Assembly: GCA_965204735.1 (NCBI GenBank)
Contig: OZ242008.1
Coordinates: 1,792,001-1,856,000 of the forward strand
Direction of reading: 5' to 3'
Origin: Longimicrobiales bacterium
GTDB taxonomy: Bacteria > Gemmatimonadota > Gemmatimonadetes > Longimicrobiales > Gaopeijiaceae
Length of the DNA: 64,000 nt
This document shows, in pieces, positions 58,598 through 64,000 of the stretch (its first letter is position 1; each line of letters opens with the position of its first letter). The notes below the pieces were generated by a model. It saw only the letters and a program-made list of their open reading frames with translations, was not told where the DNA came from and did not search any database. The position numbers were made by a program, and so were the translations under genes.

Positions 58598-59241
58598 AGC
58601 AGCCGGCCCTCTTCGGCTCCGGGTCGCCCACCTTCCTCACCACGAAGCTGGACTTCGTGGTCAACTGGGCGCGACGCCACTCGCTCTGGCCGATGCCCTT
58701 CGGGACCGCCTGCTGCGCCATCGAGATGATGGCCTCGGCGGCGAGCAACTACGACCTGGCCCGCTTCGGCATGGAGCGCATGTCCTTCAGCCCCCGCCAG
58801 GCCGACGTGCTCATCTGCGCGGGCCGCGTGCCCTACAAGCTCGCGCCGGTCCTGCGGCGCATATGGGACCAGATGATGCAGCCCAAGTGGTGCATATCGA
58901 TGGGGGCGTGCGCGTCGTCGGGAGGCGTCTTCGACGTCTACTCGATGGTGCAAGGGATCGACACCATCGTGCCGGTGGACGTGTACATCCCCGGCTGCCC
59001 GCCTCGCCCGGAAGGCCTGATCTACGGCCTGATGATGGTCCAGGAGAAGATTCGGGGCGAGACCCTGGCGCGCCACGCCGAGCTGCGGGCGGAGGACCCC
59101 GAAGCCACGGGCCGCCCCCGGGCCGAAGGGCAGGACGTGGCCGACCTGACGGGGCCGTTCGGCAACTCCACCCACCAGAACCAGGTTGCCGGAGCGGTGG
59201 AGACCAGCGCGGTGGGCCGTGCCGCGGACCGCCTCCCGTAG
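58588..59241 (+). CDS. nuoB: NADH-quinone oxidoreductase subunit B
   Basis: [30 protein letters not shown]. Confidence 0.96.
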   Translation: MGVKQPALFGSGSPTFLTTKLDFVVNWARRHSLWPMPFGTACCAIEMMASAASNYDLARFGMERMSFSPRQADVLICAGRVPYKLAPVLRRIWDQMMQPKWCISMGACASSGGVFDVYSMVQGIDTIVPVDVYIPGCPPRPEGLIYGLMMVQEKIRGETLARHAELRAEDPEATGRPRAEGQDVADLTGPFGNSTHQNQVAGAVETSAVGRAADRLP

Positions 59242-59245
59242 CGCC

Positions 59246-60046
59246 ATGGGAGAATCGGCGCCCGCGAACGGCCAGCTCCCGCCCGCCGGAGGCGACGTGG
59301 CGCTCGACGCCCGGCCGGCCGACCCCTTCGACGTGGTGGCCGAGGGTCCCGCGCCTGCCGAAGCCGCCGTCGCGAGCGCCGTCGCGACGGAGAGCCTGCG
59401 GCCCCTCAACGACTCGGTGGACGCCTTGCGCGAACGCTTCGCCGACGCGGTGCTCCGGAGCGAGGTGTGCGCCGGCGACCAGGACGTGGTCTACGTGGAC
59501 CCGGGCCGGATCGTCGAGGTCCTGGCGTGGCTCCACGGCGACCCGCAGCAGCGATACGACCACTTGGCCGACGTGACCGCGGTGGACCACGGAGGCGGCC
59601 GTCCGCTGGAAGTCGTCTACCAGCTGTGGTCGATCCCGAACCGGAAAGCGCTCCGCATCAAGTGCGAGCTCCCTCTGGACGCTCTGGAGATCGGCAGCGC
59701 CACCGCCGTCTGGAGCGGAGCCGACTGGCTGGAGCGGGAAGTCTTCGACCTCTTCGGCATCCGCTTCAGCGGCCACCCGGACCTCCGCCGCATCCTCATG
59801 CCCGAGAACTACGCCGAGGGCCATCCGCTCCGAAAGGACTTTCCCCTGCGGGGACGGTTCTCCCGGGCCGAGCAGACTCGCCGGGCCCTGACGCAGGACC
59901 CGGAGGACTACTACGCTCCCGGAGAGATCGCCGAGCGCGTCCCGCAGCTGGCCGCTCCCGGCGTTCCGTCCGACTCTCCCGCCTCGGGCGCCGACGCGTC
60001 GACGCCGAGCGCCCTGCCCGGAACCGACGACCCGGGCGCCCGCTGA
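59246..60046 (+). CDS. nuoC: NADH-quinone oxidoreductase subunit C
   Basis: ADWLEREVFDLFGI.F.GHPDLRRILMP...GHPLRKDFPL. Confidence 0.95.
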   Translation: MGESAPANGQLPPAGGDVALDARPADPFDVVAEGPAPAEAAVASAVATESLRPLNDSVDALRERFADAVLRSEVCAGDQDVVYVDPGRIVEVLAWLHGDPQQRYDHLADVTAVDHGGGRPLEVVYQLWSIPNRKALRIKCELPLDALEIGSATAVWSGADWLEREVFDLFGIRFSGHPDLRRILMPENYAEGHPLRKDFPLRGRFSRAEQTRRALTQDPEDYYAPGEIAERVPQLAAPGVPSDSPASGADASTPSALPGTDDPGAR

Positions 60047-61323
60047 TGGCCGCGACCACCGCCGAGTACGCGGTCGCCCGCAACCCCGAGATGGGACCCG
60101 GCGGCGCTCTGGTCGCCAGCCCGATCGAGCCCTTCGACGTGCCGGAGCCCGAGCTGGACTCGGACACGATGCTGGTGAACGTGGGTCCCCAGCACCCGGC
60201 CACCCACGGCGTCCTGCGGCTTGTCGTGGAGCTGGACGGCGAGACGGTGGTCAAGGTGACCCCCCGGCTGGGCTACCTCCACTCGTCCTTCGAGAAGCTC
60301 GGCGAGTACCGCACCTGGAACCAGGTGGTGCCCCTCACCGACCGGATGGACTACTTGGCGCCTCTGATCTACAACTGCGCCTACGTGATGGCGGTCGAGA
60401 AGCTGATGGGCATCGAGGTGACGGAACGCTGCCGGGTCGCCCGCGTGATCTGCATGGAGATGGACCGGATCTTCTCCCACCTCCTCTGGCTGGGCACGTG
60501 GTCGATCGACGTGGGCGCCTTCACCCCCTTCCTGTACGCCTTTCAGCAGCGGGAGAAGGTCTACAAGCTTCACGAGGCGCTCACCGGCGCCCGGATCACC
60601 ACCTCCGCCACGCGCATCGGCGGGATGATGGCCGACCTTCCCGAGGGCTGGACCGAGGGCGTGCGCGAGTTCGCCGACGACCTGCCCGCCACGCTGGACG
60701 AGATCGACGGCCTCCTCACCTGCAACGCCATCCACGTCGGACGCACCCAGGGCGTCGGCGCCGTCTCGGCGGAAGAGGCGGTGAACCACGGCCTCACCGG
60801 CGCCAACCTGCGCGCCAGCGGCGTGGCCTACGACGTGCGCAAGGACCGTCCCTACTACGACTACGAGAACTACGACTTCGAGGTCCCCGTCGGCCGCCAC
60901 GGCGACTGCTACGACCGCTACTTGGTGCGGATGGAGGAGATGCGCCAGAGCATCCGCATCCTGCGCCAAGCGCTCGACAAGCTTCCCGGCGGGCCGATGG
61001 ACGTGGACGACCCGAGGATCAGCCTGCCTTCCAAGACCGACTGCATGTCCGACATGGAGTCGATGATCCATCACTTCAAGCTGATCACCGAGGGCATTCC
61101 GGCGCCTGCCGAGGACTGCTGGTTCTCGGTGGAGGGGTCGAAGGGGGAGCTGGGGATGTACGTGGTGGGCGACGGGGGCCCCAAGCCGGTGCGGTGGCGG
61201 ATCCGTCCCCCGTCCTTCGTCAACCTGTCGGCGATTCCCAAGCTCTCGGAGGGGCACCTGATGGCCGACCTGATCGTGATCAACGCCAGCTTGGACATCG
61301 TGCTCGGCGAGATCGACCGGTGA
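60046..61323 (+). CDS. nuoD: NADH-quinone oxidoreductase subunit D
   Basis: GPQHPATHGVLRL, DRMDY, KGELG, DIVLGEIDR. Confidence 0.96.
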   Translation: MAATTAEYAVARNPEMGPGGALVASPIEPFDVPEPELDSDTMLVNVGPQHPATHGVLRLVVELDGETVVKVTPRLGYLHSSFEKLGEYRTWNQVVPLTDRMDYLAPLIYNCAYVMAVEKLMGIEVTERCRVARVICMEMDRIFSHLLWLGTWSIDVGAFTPFLYAFQQREKVYKLHEALTGARITTSATRIGGMMADLPEGWTEGVREFADDLPATLDEIDGLLTCNAIHVGRTQGVGAVSAEEAVNHGLTGANLRASGVAYDVRKDRPYYDYENYDFEVPVGRHGDCYDRYLVRMEEMRQSIRILRQALDKLPGGPMDVDDPRISLPSKTDCMSDMESMIHHFKLITEGIPAPAEDCWFSVEGSKGELGMYVVGDGGPKPVRWRIRPPSFVNLSAIPKLSEGHLMADLIVINASLDIVLGEIDR

Positions 61324-62009
61324 GCGACGCCCCCTTCCGCAACCCCGGGTGGGCCGGGAACACGGGCGAGTTCGACCTGACCGAGGCCCAGGTCCGCGGC
61401 GACCCGTACGTGGGAGAGCGGCCCCTCGACGGCGGACACCCGGGCGCCGCCCCGAGCCTGCCCTACATGCTGACGAAGAAGAACCCGTCGGCGCCCCTCT
61501 TCGAGGGTTCCTACAAGGAGCGCCTGAGCAAGATCAAGGAGCGGTACCCGACGAGCCGGGCCGCCCTCCTGCCCGTGCTGAACATGGCGCAGGAGGTGCG
61601 GGGCCACGTCTCTCCGGAAACGATGGACGAGGTGGCCGGGCTGCTGGACCTGGACCGGGCCGGCGTCCGGGGCGTCGCCACCTTCTACACGATGTACAAC
61701 AAGCGTCCCGTGGGCCGGTTCCTCGTCCAGGTGTGCACCAACATCTCGTGCAACCTCTGCGGCGCCGACGAGGTGCTGGCGACCTTTCTGGATCATGTCG
61801 GCGCCGAGCTGGGGGAGACTTCGGCGGACGGGAACTTCACCGTGATCGAGGCCGAGTGCCTGGCGGCGTGCGGCTTCCCGACCTGCGTGCAGATCAACTC
61901 CCGATACTTCGAGGACGTGAGCGCCGCCGACGTGCCCGCCATCTTGGAGCGCCTGAAGGCCGAGGCCGACGACGCGGCGCCGGGCGACGGCCGGTCCGCC
62001 CGTCTCTAG
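61320..62009 (+). CDS. nuoE: NADH-quinone oxidoreductase subunit E
   Basis: VATFYTMY, VCTNISC.L.G, ECLAACGFP. Confidence 0.93.
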   Translation: MSDAPFRNPGWAGNTGEFDLTEAQVRGDPYVGERPLDGGHPGAAPSLPYMLTKKNPSAPLFEGSYKERLSKIKERYPTSRAALLPVLNMAQEVRGHVSPETMDEVAGLLDLDRAGVRGVATFYTMYNKRPVGRFLVQVCTNISCNLCGADEVLATFLDHVGAELGETSADGNFTVIEAECLAACGFPTCVQINSRYFEDVSAADVPAILERLKAEADDAAPGDGRSARL

Positions 62010-62018
62010 AGGACCGAG

Positions 62019-63311
<1,293 letters not shown>

Positions 63312-63334
63312 CCCACGAGCACGGGAGCCCCCGA

Positions 63335-64000
63335 ATGCCGGACAACGGCCGCAAGCCCGAAACCGTCGCGTTGACGATCGACGGGCGCGAAGTCGTGGCG
63401 CCCAAGGGCGCGTCGCTGCTCCAGGCCGCGGCGGGCGCCGGGATCGAGGTTCCCCACTACTGCTACCACCCGGGACTCTCGGTGCCGGCCCAGTGCCGGG
63501 TCTGCCTGGTGGAGGTCGAGGGCGCGCCCAAGCTCCAGCCGGCCTGCGTGACGCCGGCCCAGGACGGGCAAGTGGTCCGCACCGACGGCGACGCGGCCGT
63601 GAAGATGCGCAAGGGCGTCTTCGAGTTCTACTTGGTCAACCACCCCCTCGACTGTCCGATCTGCGACATGTCCGGCGAGTGCAAGCTCCAGGACTACGTC
63701 TTCGCGGAAGGCCGGGAGCACGGGCGGGCACGAGAGCCCAAGCGGGTCTTCGGGCGGGACGACTTCGGCGGCGACGTTCTCTACTACGGCGACCGGTGCG
63801 TCATGTGCACGCGCTGCGTCCGGTTCATGGAGGAAGTGGCGGGCGACCCTCGGCTCACGGTCGTGGAGCGGGGGAGCCGGGCGGTGATCGACACCTTCTT
63901 CGACGAGGGCCTGGAGGGCGCGGCCTTCGCGGGCAACGTGGTGGACATCTGCCCCGTGGGCGCGCTGGTCTCCAAGGAGTTCCTGCACAAGGCCCGGGCG
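63335..64000 (+). CDS. nuoG: NADH-quinone oxidoreductase subunit G, partial (runs off the window)
   Basis: Manual translation: LTIDGREV, PHYCYHPGL...QCRVCLVEV, NHPLDCPICDMSGECKLQD, RCVMCTRCVRF, VDICPVGAL. Confidence 0.94.
   Translation, partial: MPDNGRKPETVALTIDGREVVAPKGASLLQAAAGAGIEVPHYCYHPGLSVPAQCRVCLVEVEGAPKLQPACVTPAQDGQVVRTDGDAAVKMRKGVFEFYLVNHPLDCPICDMSGECKLQDYVFAEGREHGRAREPKRVFGRDDFGGDVLYYGDRCVMCTRCVRFMEEVAGDPRLTVVERGSRAVIDTFFDEGLEGAAFAGNVVDICPVGALVSKEFLHKARA

Overview
High-GC bacterial window; the gene order and protein style suggest Gemmatimonadota, which is an inference. It has two parts. (1) Positions ~1-23.5 kb are an accessory defence island. Its backbone is a restriction-like set: a SNF2 helicase (partial, divergent), a DUF1156 adenine methyltransferase and a HEPN-DUF499 ATPase. 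Cargo modules are interleaved. The most notable is a low-GC, apparently uncharacterised cassette: a winged-helix-like protein, a BrxD-like P-loop ATPase, a PIN nuclease and an SPPY (N4-C type) DNA methyltransferase. A nest of IS elements splits this cassette (an IS21 remnant, then an intact ISL3 with an 8-bp TSD that carries an IS1202-family derivative with a 17-bp TSD). Further cargo: a GmrSD-like DUF262-DUF1524 protein with an altered HNH site, an ABC-ATPase/PIN pair, decayed AlbA_2 and ParA genes, hicBA, and a Fic protein lacking its catalytic His. (2) Positions ~24-64 kb are core housekeeping genes: icd, pepA, yicC-gmk-rpoZ-coaBC-udg-dnaB-ispD-tsaC, gap-pgk-tpiA-secG, 2-oxoacid dehydrogenase genes, lipB, rnhA, carA, HU, moaDEA, mdh, dcd and nuoA-G. 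Oddities in this part include a YwlE-like phosphatase fused to AroE, an ECF sigma/TonB-domain pair inside the gap-pgk cluster, an E1-alpha lacking the TPP motif, and many short tandem duplications. No rRNA, tRNA or CRISPR array was recognised. All family assignments come from motif recognition by eye; no database search was run.
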